From assembly GCA_043228905.1 (NCBI GenBank), contig JBHGNT010000021.1:11842001-11906000 (forward strand): 64,000 nt of DNA, written 5' to 3'. Source of the DNA: Azolla caroliniana. Lineage: Eukaryota > Plantae > Polypodiophyta. How positions within the stretch are numbered: the first letter of the stretch is position 1; each line of letters opens with the position of its first letter. The notes under the pieces were generated by a model, which did not search any database, had not been told where the DNA came from, and worked only from the letters and a program-made list of their open reading frames with translations. Positions 25,233 to 35,894 of this stretch are shown here, piece by piece. The position numbers and the translations under genes were made by a program.

Positions 25233-25389
25233 GCGTTACTGCGTATTGTCTTGCGCGGTTGCGGAATCCACATGTTATTGCGTAGTGTCTTCAATACTCC
25301 CCCTCAAGCTTGGCAGGTAAGGGATCGTTAATCCGAGATCGGTCAAGAATTGCCCTAGCTTGTCGGCTCCTAAGGCTTTAGTGAAGATG

Positions 25390-28300
25390 TCAGCCGTTTT
25401 GAAGATTTGTGATAATGTGTTGTAGGTCGACATCGCCAGCTAGAACGCGCTCGCGGATGAAGTGATAATGCACTTCGATGTGCTTTGTCCGCGCGTGGAA
25501 CACCGGTTTCCGAAACAGATGGATACTGCTCATGTTGTTGCAGTAAAGGGAAGTCGTATCCTTGATGGGTACGCCCAGATCCTTGAGTATCCTTTTGAGC
25601 CATACGGCTTCACAAGCGGCCATAGCTGCGCCCATGTATTCCGCCTCTGTGCTCGAAAGAGCGACAGTTGGTTGCTTTTTGCTGCTCCAGGATATTGCTC
25701 CGCTGCCGAGGGAAAAAACAAATCCGGAGGTTGATCTTCTATCGGATTTGTAGCCAGCCCAATCGGCGTCGGTGTACCCCTCGAGTCGTATTGGCATCGT
25801 AGTCTTGTAGAGGATGACACAATCAATTGTGTCGCTCACGTATCGTAGAACTTGCTTAGCGCAATCCAAGTGAGTATCACACGGTGTTTGCATGAATTGG
25901 CTAAGGAGACCGACCGGATAACTGAGATCGGGTCGAGTGATCGTGAGGTAGATGAGACTCCTGATGAGTTGCCGATACTGAGTTGGCTCACACGCTTTGG
26001 TGCCGGAGTTCGCATCTAGTTTGAGATTGCGATCGAGCGGGGTTATCGCGGATTTGCACTCAACCATCCCGAACTTGTATAACAAGTTAAGGATATAGTG
26101 TTGTTGAGAGATCATGATTCCGGCTAGAGTCCAAATTACCTCGATGCCGAGGAAGTAGTGGAGCTCCTTCATGTCTGTCATCTCAAACTTGTCGGAAAGG
26201 AGGGATTTGACCTTATTGATTTCAACGAGATGCTCACCTCCAATGACTAGGTCATCCATATATAAGATGATGATGATTGGACTTACGGAATTGCTTCGTA
26301 TGTAGAGGGAGTTGTCCGATTTTGACATACGAAAGTTGATTTGATGAAGATATTGCGTTATCTTCAAATGCCAAGCATGTGGTGCTTGCTTGAGACCGTA
26401 GAGTGGCTTCTTGAGTCGGCATACAACTTTCGGATGGGTGCTCGAGTTGAAGCCGGGTGGTTGTATCATGTACACCTCCTCTTCTAATTCGCCTTGTAGA
26501 AAGGCGTTCTTGACGTCCATTTGATGGAGGTGCCACCCTTTCGCCGTGGCAAGCGCAATTACGGTCCGTACTGTCGTCATCTTTGCCACCGGGGCAAAGG
26601 TATCTTCGTAGTCAACTCCGTGTGTTTGTGCGTAGCCTTTCGTTACGAGTCGTGCTTTGTAACGGTTGACGGAACCGTCGGCGTTGTACTTCACTTTGTA
26701 AATCCATCTGCATCCGATCGCCTTTTTGTGTGGTGAGGTGGGAACGAGATCCCACGTCTTGTTCTTGTGTAGTGCTTGCATCTCCTCATTCATGGCTTTG
26801 ATCCATCGCGGATCCTTGGGTGCTTCGGAAAATTTTTCCGGCTCGCATACTGTTGTCACCTTCATCATAAAGGCATAGTGATATGCCATGTAGTCGTTGT
26901 AGCCGAATCGGCTAACCGGATTCTTCTCACGGGTGGAGCGGCGGAGCTTTTCATTTGCAGAGATGAGGGCTTTATTAGCTCCGAATGGTACATTGAAGCT
27001 GCCGAACTCACTGTCGAGTGAGTTGACTCATTGTCATCGAAGCGATCGTCTTCGTATTCCGACATTTTCGCCTTGCCTTTGTCCATCTTCGGGCTAGGTC
27101 GTGATGTGCTTTGATCGGTCAAAAGCTCTTGTGGTCCGCTCAGTCGGGTCATGATCGGACTTTCTTCGAACATGCGAGATCTTCATCCTCTATCTCTTGT
27201 TCGGCGGATTCCGGGTCGAGCGGAGTCGGAGCCGAAGTTGTCTCTGGTGTGTACCAGGATGCGGACTCGTCAAAAATGATGTCTCGACTTACTCGAGATT
27301 TTCGAGTTGAGGGGTTGTAGCACTTGCACCCCTTTTGCTCTAGTGAGTATCCTACGAAGATACATTTCTCTGACTTCGGGTCAAGCTTTTGACGCTTCTC
27401 GTCGGGGATGTGCACGAACTCTATCGCGCCGAATATCCGGGTGTGCAATAAGTATGGCTTCTTTCCAATGTATTTTTCGTGCGGAGTGACCTCGTGCACG
27501 CTAGATGTTGTGCACCGGTTCATTAGGTAGACGACCTTATTTGCAGCTTCGGTCCAATATGACTTGGGCATATGCTTCTCGTTCATCATGGCCCGCGCTA
27601 CTTCGAGGATGTGCCGATTTTTGCGCTCGGCTACTCCGTTTTGTTGCGGAGTGTGTCGACAAGTGAATTCTCGCTGAATTCCTTCCTTTCGGAGATACGC
27701 CGTGAAATCGTCCGAGAAGTACTCCTTGCCGCCATCCGATCGAAGGCATAGTACATGTCGGCCCGTGGCTTTCTCGACTTCATTCTTGAATTTTTGGAAG
27801 TGTTCGAACACTTTGCTCTTTTGCCGCATCAGGTAGATCCAAGTGTGCCTAGAGAAGTCGTCGATGAAGAGCACGTAATATCGGCATCCGCCGAATGTAA
27901 TCGTCTGCGCTAGTCCCCATACGTCGGAATGGACTACGTCGAGTAGTCCTTTGCTCACGTTCCGCTCTTTCGGGAATGGGTGTTGGTGTTGCTTGCCGAA
28001 TTGGCATGCTTCGCATACACCTTCAATCTCCTTCTCTTTGGATGTCGGGAGTACGATGACGACTCCTTTCGATTTCATTGCTTTGAGTTTGTTTAGATTG
28101 ATGTGGTTGATTCGCTTGTGCCATAGATCTATGTCGGAGTCGGCTTTTGTGCTTTTTGCGAACATGGTAGATTTCATCCCGTGTGAATCGAGAATGAACA
28201 TCCGGCCCTCTCTTCTTCCGCGCGCGATGATTCAACGTTCTTTTTCAATGAAGCACCCTTCTTGGTCGAATCGTACTTGCATCCCTTGCTCAACCATTTG

Positions 28301-29584
28301 GCCGATTGAGACCAAATTCTTGGTGATGGTGGGAACATGCAAGACATTTTTAATGTATGTTTGCTTACCTTCTTTTCTGAATGGAACATTGCCGATGTGC
28401 CAAATCGGGTGCACAGTGTCATCTCCGGTTTCAAAATAACCAGGTCGCTCCGGATCTCGAAGTTCGAGAAACCATTCTTTATGAGATGTCATATGGTTTG
28501 AGGCTCCAGAGTCAACAAACCATACGTCCTCCGGATTGAGAGCACTAGTTGAGGTAGAGGCCGACATAGAGTTTGCTCTATGTTTCATCATGAACATTTC
28601 ACCACAGTCGGAGTTGTGTGCATACATTCCGCCACGATCTTCGTAGTCGGAGTTGTGCCCGTACATTCTTCTATACTCTTCGTCGTCGGAATTGTGCGCG
28701 TAATTCGTGAGTTGTCGGCTGGTGGAAGCCGATTCACGCATCTTCTTTCGGCGCTCTTCTTCGTGGTGGCCGAGCTTTCCACAATATCCGCATTCGGTTG
28801 CGTTTTGACGGCTCAGGCCGGAGTGGAAGCTCCCCCTTCTTGCGAAGGTTCCTCGTTGGCTTCCGTTTTGCAGTCGAAATTGGGAGTTGTTGTCGTAGGT
28901 CGGACCTCGTCTGCCTTGTCCTTGGCCGAATTGGCCTCTCGCTCGTCCGCGTCGTCTTCCTCTGTTCGAGTGCGTGTAGAGCATGTGGCCTTCCGACTCG
29001 TTGCTTCTTGTACGCAGGTGGTTTTCTTCGACCAATAGCATTGATTGGAGCTTGAAGAAGGAGGGGGATTTCTCCCTTGCTAGAACGGTGGTTTGCATCG
29101 TGTCGAACCGTGGTGCGAGGCCGCTGAGGCATATTTGCACCATCTCATCATAATTGATACTTACACTTATCGAGCCTAGTGAGTCGAAAAGCTCCTTGAT
29201 CTTCAAGGTGTATGTCGTGATGGACATGTCCCTTTGTTGAATGTTGTTCAACTCTTGGTGGAGTTGAAGTCTTCTTGCGGTTGTGTTCGCGGCAAAAATC
29301 TTTCTTAGATTTTCCCATGCCTCCTTCGGCGCCTTGGCTTCGCGAATGTAGCTGAGCATGTGATCGTGAACACATGTCGCCAAGCAATACATCACGCGGC
29401 TTGCGGCTTGCTCCCATGTCGCGTATCCGGAATTCGCTTCGGCGGTTCGGTCTTCGTGCTCTCCTTTGATGTAGCTCCAATAGCCTTGTCCGACAAGGTA
29501 TTGGTGCATCTTGTACTCCCAGGATGCGAAGTTGTTTCGATCCAACTTCTCGGTAGGGAGAGCGCTCCCCATTTGAGTATTCAT
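25390..29584 (-). pseudogene. Copia B gag-pol, broken by frameshifts
   Basis: gag-PR 28232..29584 (CGYCGKLGH, WFVDSGASNHMT), INT 27149..28201 (WHKRINH, HSDVWG, LRSDGGKEY), RT-RH 25390..26889 (LYMDD, YTDADWAG). Confidence 0.92.
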
Positions 29585-29699
29585 TATGTCGATTCTTCTT
29601 CTTCTTCTCTCTTCGAAAGCGAGCTATGTAGCGAAGCTACGATAGCGATGAGCCAGTTCTTCTTGAACGTCGGTGTAGAGCTCAACACACGCAAATGGG

Positions 29700-29962
29700 C
29701 TAGATGGAGCTACCAAATCGCTTTGATATCACGTAAAGAATCGGGTATGATTCTTGTGTAGCGGAATAGGTGTGAATTGTGTGTGTGTATGAGAGAGAGA
29801 GAGAGAGAGAGTGAGAGACGAAGAGTAAGACAAAGAGAATACACAAAGTAAAGTATATTAACAAAGGTGAAAGACTCGACATTATACAAGGTGGGAGGAG
29901 GGTGATTTATATAATCACCCTCTCTCTTCATTAACTACAAGACTCATGGAGCATGGGGAATG
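29700..29962 (-). repeat. Duplicated PBS + partial LTR in the leader of Copia B
   Basis: 29700-29962 repeats 30028-30302, including GCTTTGATA(T/C)CA and the LTR edge GTAAAGAAT. Confidence 0.85.
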
Positions 29963-30115
29963 GGCGATGAGCTGGTTCTTGGTCGTCGGCGTGGAGCACA
30001 ACACACGATCACGATGAGGCGAATGTGCTAGATCAAGCTACCAAATCGCTTTGATACCAAGTAAAGAATTGGGTATGATTCTTGTGTAGCGGAATATATA
30101 TGAACTGTGTGTGTG

Positions 30116-30160
<45 letters not shown>

Positions 30161-31158
30161 AGGAGTAAGACACAGAGAATACACAAGGTAAAGTATATTA
30201 ACAAAGGAGAAAGATTCAACGTCATACAAGGTGGGAGGAGGGTGCTTTATATAGTCACCCTCTCTCTTCATTAACTACAAGACTCATGGAGCATGGGGAA
30301 TGTGAAAGCTCATAAGTTATGTGTCATAGAATATGATTCTATGACTCATACTAAATGCTAGAATACAAAGTGGTGACATAGTTGTGACTCTTGACCGTTG
30401 GAGTGTCTATTCACTCTCAAGGCGAGTTCACACACTAGACCAAGTTGAGCTTGATTCTCAACATCTCCGAATTCCGTTTTGTTGCAGATAACTATTGAAT
30501 TGGCCGGAAAAGTATTCTTTCCCGCCATCCAACCGCAGGCACTTGATCCGTTCAACTAAGCTTTGAAGGTTCCAGAAACACTCGAAGACTTCGCTCTTCC
30601 TCTTGATGAGGTAGATCCACGTGTGCCTGCTCTAGTCGTCGATGAAGGAGACGAAATACCGACTCCCGTCAAGACTAACGTTTTGTGCCGGTCCCCATAC
30701 ATCCGAATGAATTAAATCGAGCTTGTTATGGCTCCGGTTTCGATCAGTGGGGAATGGAAGTCGATATTGCTTCCCGAGTTGGCAGGCTTCACAAATTTCA
30801 GCCTTCTGGCTGCTAAATTTCGGCAAACCAAAAACGACTTGTTTCGATTGCAGGTCTTGAAGCCTCCAATAATTGATGTGGCCGATCCGCTTGTGCCATA
30901 GGTCGATGTCCGATTCGACCTTCTACCCTTTTGCAAACATAGCGGTGCCGACATCATTAGTGTTGAGGATGAACATCCTCCCGTCTTTGCGCCCTTGCGC
31001 AATTATCCGGCCCTCTTCCTCGATGAAGCACCCTAGGTGCGTAAACCGCACCTCCATCCCTTGGTCGACAATTTGCCCAACTCACATGTTGGGATTTCGG
31101 TCCCTCCGGATGGGATGTCCGGAGATGAATGACGGCAAGCCCGGTTGCGGTTACGGTG

Positions 31159-31310
31159 CCGGATGATGAAGACCCCGGCTACGGAGCCGGATGATGAAGA
31201 CCCCGGCTACGGTGCCGGATGATGAAGACCCCGGCTACGGAGCCGGATGATGAATACCCCGGCTACGGAGCCGGATGCTGAAGACCCCGGTTACGGAGCC
31301 GGATGACGAA
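31159..31310 (+). repeat. 28-bp tandem array (about 5.5 copies) in U3 of E; same array at 35977-36128
   Basis: Unit CCGGATGATGAAGACCCCGGCTACGG(A/T)G at 31159, 31187, 31215, 31243, 31271 and partial at 31299. Confidence 0.95.
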
Positions 31311-31820
31311 TGTACCCGGAGGGAGATCCGGATGCGGGGACATATTTGTGAATATGTTTGCCAAGAGCCCTTGAGGCTATATTTGTAAATAGCCCGAAAG
31401 TCATATGTGTATAAATATGACTTAGGGCAAACAGTTTATGTTTTTTTTTGTTGCTCATTTTTCTGTTTTCCACTAAGAGGGAGCGAAGTGAGAGCAGCCG
31501 AGAGAGAGTGAGAGAGAAAGAGGAAGGAAGAGGTCGACGCCTCTGTGTAATACCGCCGCCTGTGGCGAGGACAGTGAGCTCAAGGTCGTCGCCTTGCAGC
31601 TCGCCATTGTACATTCCCGCGTATAGTGATAGTTGGAGTCTTGCACTCCCGTGGTTTTTCCCATTTAGGGTTTTCCACGTAAAACATCCAGTGTACCCTT
31701 CTCTCTATTGTTTTCGTGCATTGTTGTATTTCCCGTTTTCTGTGAATCGATCCAGTTCCTCGGTTGTGGCCGAGCACGGAATTTCGACAAAGTGGTATCA
31801 GAGCGACGGTAACACAGAAA

Positions 31821-34800
31821 ATGGAAGGCGGCAGCAGCGGGCAGCCGGGGATGATGGTGCTGAATGCGCAGAACTACGCCGACTGGAAGATAAAGATGGA
31901 GGATCTGCTCATTGTTCGGGACCTGTATGAACCGATCGACAGGTCGGAAATACCCAAGGGGGTACTTGAGACGGAGTGGAGGCTTCTGAACCGGAAAGCC
32001 GTTGCAACCATTCGGCAATACGTCGACGTGAGCGTTCTACAACACGTGGCGAACGACACCAACGCATATGAGATGTGGAGGAAGCTGTCGGGCCTCTACG
32101 AGAGGAAGAATGCGTTGAACCGAACCTCCCTGATGAGAAAGATAGTGAACCTCAAGTATCGGGACGGCGAGAGTATGGTGGAACACGTAAGCACGTTCAT
32201 GGGATTCGTGAACCAGCTTGCGGCGATCAAGTTCCCGTTGGAGGATGCAATGCAAGCCATCATTCTGATGTGTACATTGCCGGAAAGCTGGGAGAACTTG
32301 GTGGTGACTCTCAGCACCTCCTGCACCGAAGATAACTTGTCTCTACAAACGGTAAAGACAAGCATTTTGAACGAAGAAGCGCGTCGGAGAGATAAAGAAC
32401 CGGCCTCCGACTCGAAGGCGCTGCTTACCGAATCGGATCGGGGAAGACAATGGAACCGGAGTCCGCAAAGACGGGAGAAGTCGGGGACCCGGTCGCAGTC
32501 AAGAGGAAGGCCCACATGCTTCCACTGTGGGAAGCCGGGGCACTTCCGGAAGAATTGTCGGCATTACCGAAAGGACAACGGAGCCGACGACACCGATTCG
32601 AAGAAGTCACCGGAGAGAAACGGTGCATACCGGGGAGCCACGGACCGGAGAGGTCCGGATCGGCGAGGGCAGGACCGGAAAGGAACGACGGCACTCGCGG
32701 CAAGTGAAGAAGAGATAATGCTCATTACCGAAGAGAGGGAGCTGAACCTTGCCGGTGTAGAGATGACCTGGGTGGTCGATTCCGGAGCGTCGTTCCACCT
32801 GACCCCGGAGAAGAAATACTTCTCATCCTACACAGCCGGTGAGCATGGCTGTGTCCGGATGGGAAATGAAGGCACATGCCGGATTGCCGGCATAGGAGAC
32901 GTGTGGCTGATGACATCAACCGGATGCAAGATGCTGCTGAAGGATGTGCGACACGTTCCGGAAGTCCGATTGAACCTGATCTCGGCCGGGAGGCTAGATG
33001 ATGAAGGCTACACGGGTAGCATCCGGAACGGTGTCATGAAGTTCAGCAAGGGGAGCCTGATAGTGGCTCGGGCCCGGAAGGTCAACACACTGTACCTGAT
33101 GAACTCCCGGCTATGTCCGGAAGAGCTGAATGTGGCAGCCGACACTGCCGGTGAGCTGTGGCACAAAAGACTGTGCCACATGAGTGAGAAGGGGATGAAG
33201 AGGCTTGCAGAAGACAACCTTATCCCAGTGAAGCATGTGCACCTGGAAAAGTGCACCGATTGCCTGGCCGGTAAGCAGAACCGAACCTCCTTCCACTCAA
33301 GGCCACCGACGAGACGTAGCGCACCATTGGAGTTGGTGCACACCGATGTGTGTCAGGTAGAAACGAAGTCACATGGCGGAGCCCAGTACTTCGTAACATT
33401 CATAGATGATCATAGCCGAAGACTGTGGACGGCACCGATGAAGACAAAGGACCAAGTGTTGTCCGTCTTCAAAGAACTCCACGCGAGAGTGGAAAGAGAA
33501 TCCGGCAAGAAGCTGAAAGCGATACGAGCGGATAACGGAGGGGAATACCGGGGGCAGTTCCAGGAGTACTGTCGCTCGAAGGGGATCCGGCTCGAGTTTA
33601 CTGTGCCGAAGACGCCGGAACTGAACGGGCTGGCCGAGAGGATGAACCGGACCATAATGGAGAGGGTCCGGAGTATGCTGGCGCATGCGAAATTACCCAA
33701 GGGGTTTTGGGCTGAGGCAATGTCGACGGCGACGTATGTGATAAATAGATCACCCTCAGTACCTTTGGACGGAGACACGCCGCAGAAAGTGTGGACCGGT
33801 AAGGAAGTGTCCTACCGGCATCTGAAGGTGTTCGGGTGTCTCGCATACGTGCATGTGGCAAAGGACCGGAGAGGAAAGCTAGATCCAAAGACCCGGCCAT
33901 GCATATTCCTCGGTTACGGCGACGACGAGTTCGGCTACCGAGTATGGGACCCGGTCGACAAGAAGATATTCAGGAGTCGAGATATCATCTTCATGGAGAA
34001 CAAGACACTCGCCGACTGGGAGTCGGAGAAGAAGATGAAGAGCTCCAAGTCGACCGGTGAGGATCAACTCTACGAGGAGCAGTCCCGACCGGCAAGGGAC
34101 CGGTTAGCTCTCGAGGATCCGGCCGAAGACGGTGAAGAAACAGAACCGGCCGAAGAAGATGAAAATGATACCGGAACCGGCCCCGATCCCGAAATGGATT
34201 CGGATGAAGAAGAATCGGAAGAACCGGTTACCGAAGCTCCGGAACGGAGATATCCTCTAAGAGAGAGAAGGGCCCCCCGGAGATTTCCGGAACCAGAGCA
34301 CGTGCTGCTAACCGACGAGGGGGAGCCGGAGAGCTTTGAAGAAGCAAAGCATGACACCCAGAGCCGCAGGTGGTTGAGTGCCATGCAGGACGAGATGGAT
34401 TCCCTGCATGAGAACCACACATATGAACTTGTGGAGTTGCCGAAAGGAAAGCGGGCACTTCGAAACAAGTGGGTGTTCAAGCTGAAACCGGGAGATGCCG
34501 GAAACCCCCCGAGATACAAAGCCAGGATCGTGGTGAAGGGGTTTCAGCAGAAGAAGGGCGTCGACTTCGACGAGATATTTGCCCCGGTAGTGAAGATGAC
34601 CTCCATCCGGACGGTGCTGAGCATAGCGGCAAGCATGGACCTCGAGGTAGAACAGATGGACGTGAAGACGGCATTCCTTCACGGTGACCTCGAAGAAGAG
34701 ATCTACATGCAGCAACCGGAAGGATTCGAGAAGAAAGGGAAGGAGCACCTGGTATGCCGGTTGAAGAAGAGCCTTTACGGACTGAAGCAGGCTCCCCGGC

Positions 34801-35894
34801 AATGGTACCGGAAGTTCGACTCCTTCATGACCGACGAAGGGTACCACAAAACGCAGTCCGATCACTGCGTGTTTGTGAAGAAGTTCGAAGGAGGAGACTT
34901 TCTAATACTCCTCCTATACGTGGACGACATGTTGATCGTCGGACGGGACCAGGTCAAGATACGGATGCTGAAGAAGGCTCTTCACCGAACCTTCTCAATG
35001 AAGGACCTGGGTCCGGCGAGGCAAATACTAGGGATGCACATCATCCGGGACCGGAAGAAGAAGCAGTTGTGGCTGTCACAGGAGAAGTACGTGACAAAGG
35101 TGCTTCACCGGTTCAACATGTCGGAAGCAAGACCGGTCGGGTCAACCCTCCCGGCAAACTGCAAGTTGTCCAGCAAGCAGAGCCCCAAGACAAAGGCTGA
35201 GAAGGAGGACATGATGAAAGTACCATATGCCTCTGCCGTCGGAAGCTTGATGTACGCAATGGTGTGTACAAGACCGGACATAGGATACGCAGTCGGAGTG
35301 GTGAGCCGGTACATGAGCAATCCCGGCAAAGACCACTGGAACGCGGTCAAGTGGATACTCCGATACCTGAAGGGCACGGCAAACGTGTGCCTCCGATTCG
35401 GCTCCGGTAAGCCCGAACTCGACGGCTTTACCGATTCGGATATGTCGGCTGATGAAGATACCAGCCGGTCCACATCAGGGTATGTGATGACGTATGCAGG
35501 GGGAGCTGTTTCGTGGCAGTCGAGGCTGCAGAAGACGGTTGCGTTGTCAACCACGGAGGCGGAGTACATGGCGGCTGTTGAAGCCGGCAAGGAAATAATA
35601 TGGATGAAGGACTTCATTAGAGAGCTCGGTATCCGGCAAGAGGAGTACCGACTCTACTGCGACAGTCAGAGTGCCATCCACCTTGCGAAGAACGCGGCCT
35701 ATCACTCCCGGACGAAGCACATCCAGCGAAGATATCACTGGATCCGGGAAAGGATAGAAGACCAGGAGTTCATGCTGACGAAGATCCACACGGAAGAGAA
35801 CGGGTCAGATATGCTGACCAAAGTGCTCACACCCGACAAGCTGGAAGCGTGCCGGAAGAGGGTCGGATTGGAGAGACATCCCATGCCGAAGTGA
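31821..35894 (+). CDS. Copia E Gag-Pol polyprotein (gag, CCHC, protease, integrase, RT, RNase H), 1357 aa
   Basis: Uninterrupted ORF from ATG 31821; CFHCGKPGHFRKNC, VVDSGAS, WHKRLCH, HTDVC/RADNGGEY/LAERMNRT, LYVDDML, FTDSDM. Confidence 0.97.
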   Translation: MEGGSSGQPGMMVLNAQNYADWKIKMEDLLIVRDLYEPIDRSEIPKGVLETEWRLLNRKAVATIRQYVDVSVLQHVANDTNAYEMWRKLSGLYERKNALNRTSLMRKIVNLKYRDGESMVEHVSTFMGFVNQLAAIKFPLEDAMQAIILMCTLPESWENLVVTLSTSCTEDNLSLQTVKTSILNEEARRRDKEPASDSKALLTESDRGRQWNRSPQRREKSGTRSQSRGRPTCFHCGKPGHFRKNCRHYRKDNGADDTDSKKSPERNGAYRGATDRRGPDRRGQDRKGTTALAASEEEIMLITEERELNLAGVEMTWVVDSGASFHLTPEKKYFSSYTAGEHGCVRMGNEGTCRIAGIGDVWLMTSTGCKMLLKDVRHVPEVRLNLISAGRLDDEGYTGSIRNGVMKFSKGSLIVARARKVNTLYLMNSRLCPEELNVAADTAGELWHKRLCHMSEKGMKRLAEDNLIPVKHVHLEKCTDCLAGKQNRTSFHSRPPTRRSAPLELVHTDVCQVETKSHGGAQYFVTFIDDHSRRLWTAPMKTKDQVLSVFKELHARVERESGKKLKAIRADNGGEYRGQFQEYCRSKGIRLEFTVPKTPELNGLAERMNRTIMERVRSMLAHAKLPKGFWAEAMSTATYVINRSPSVPLDGDTPQKVWTGKEVSYRHLKVFGCLAYVHVAKDRRGKLDPKTRPCIFLGYGDDEFGYRVWDPVDKKIFRSRDIIFMENKTLADWESEKKMKSSKSTGEDQLYEEQSRPARDRLALEDPAEDGEETEPAEEDENDTGTGPDPEMDSDEEESEEPVTEAPERRYPLRERRAPRRFPEPEHVLLTDEGEPESFEEAKHDTQSRRWLSAMQDEMDSLHENHTYELVELPKGKRALRNKWVFKLKPGDAGNPPRYKARIVVKGFQQKKGVDFDEIFAPVVKMTSIRTVLSIAASMDLEVEQMDVKTAFLHGDLEEEIYMQQPEGFEKKGKEHLVCRLKKSLYGLKQAPRQWYRKFDSFMTDEGYHKTQSDHCVFVKKFEGGDFLILLLYVDDMLIVGRDQVKIRMLKKALHRTFSMKDLGPARQILGMHIIRDRKKKQLWLSQEKYVTKVLHRFNMSEARPVGSTLPANCKLSSKQSPKTKAEKEDMMKVPYASAVGSLMYAMVCTRPDIGYAVGVVSRYMSNPGKDHWNAVKWILRYLKGTANVCLRFGSGKPELDGFTDSDMSADEDTSRSTSGYVMTYAGGAVSWQSRLQKTVALSTTEAEYMAAVEAGKEIIWMKDFIRELGIRQEEYRLYCDSQSAIHLAKNAAYHSRTKHIQRRYHWIRERIEDQEFMLTKIHTEENGSDMLTKVLTPDKLEACRKRVGLERHPMPK

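Larger units (their letters stand above)
23898..30463 (-). mobile_element. Copia B, inserted in the integrase of A
   Basis: 3' LTR 23898-24244, 5' LTR 30060-30463, TSD TCTCA/TCTCC, degenerate tRNA-iMet PBS 30048-30059, PPT from 24245. Confidence 0.9.
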
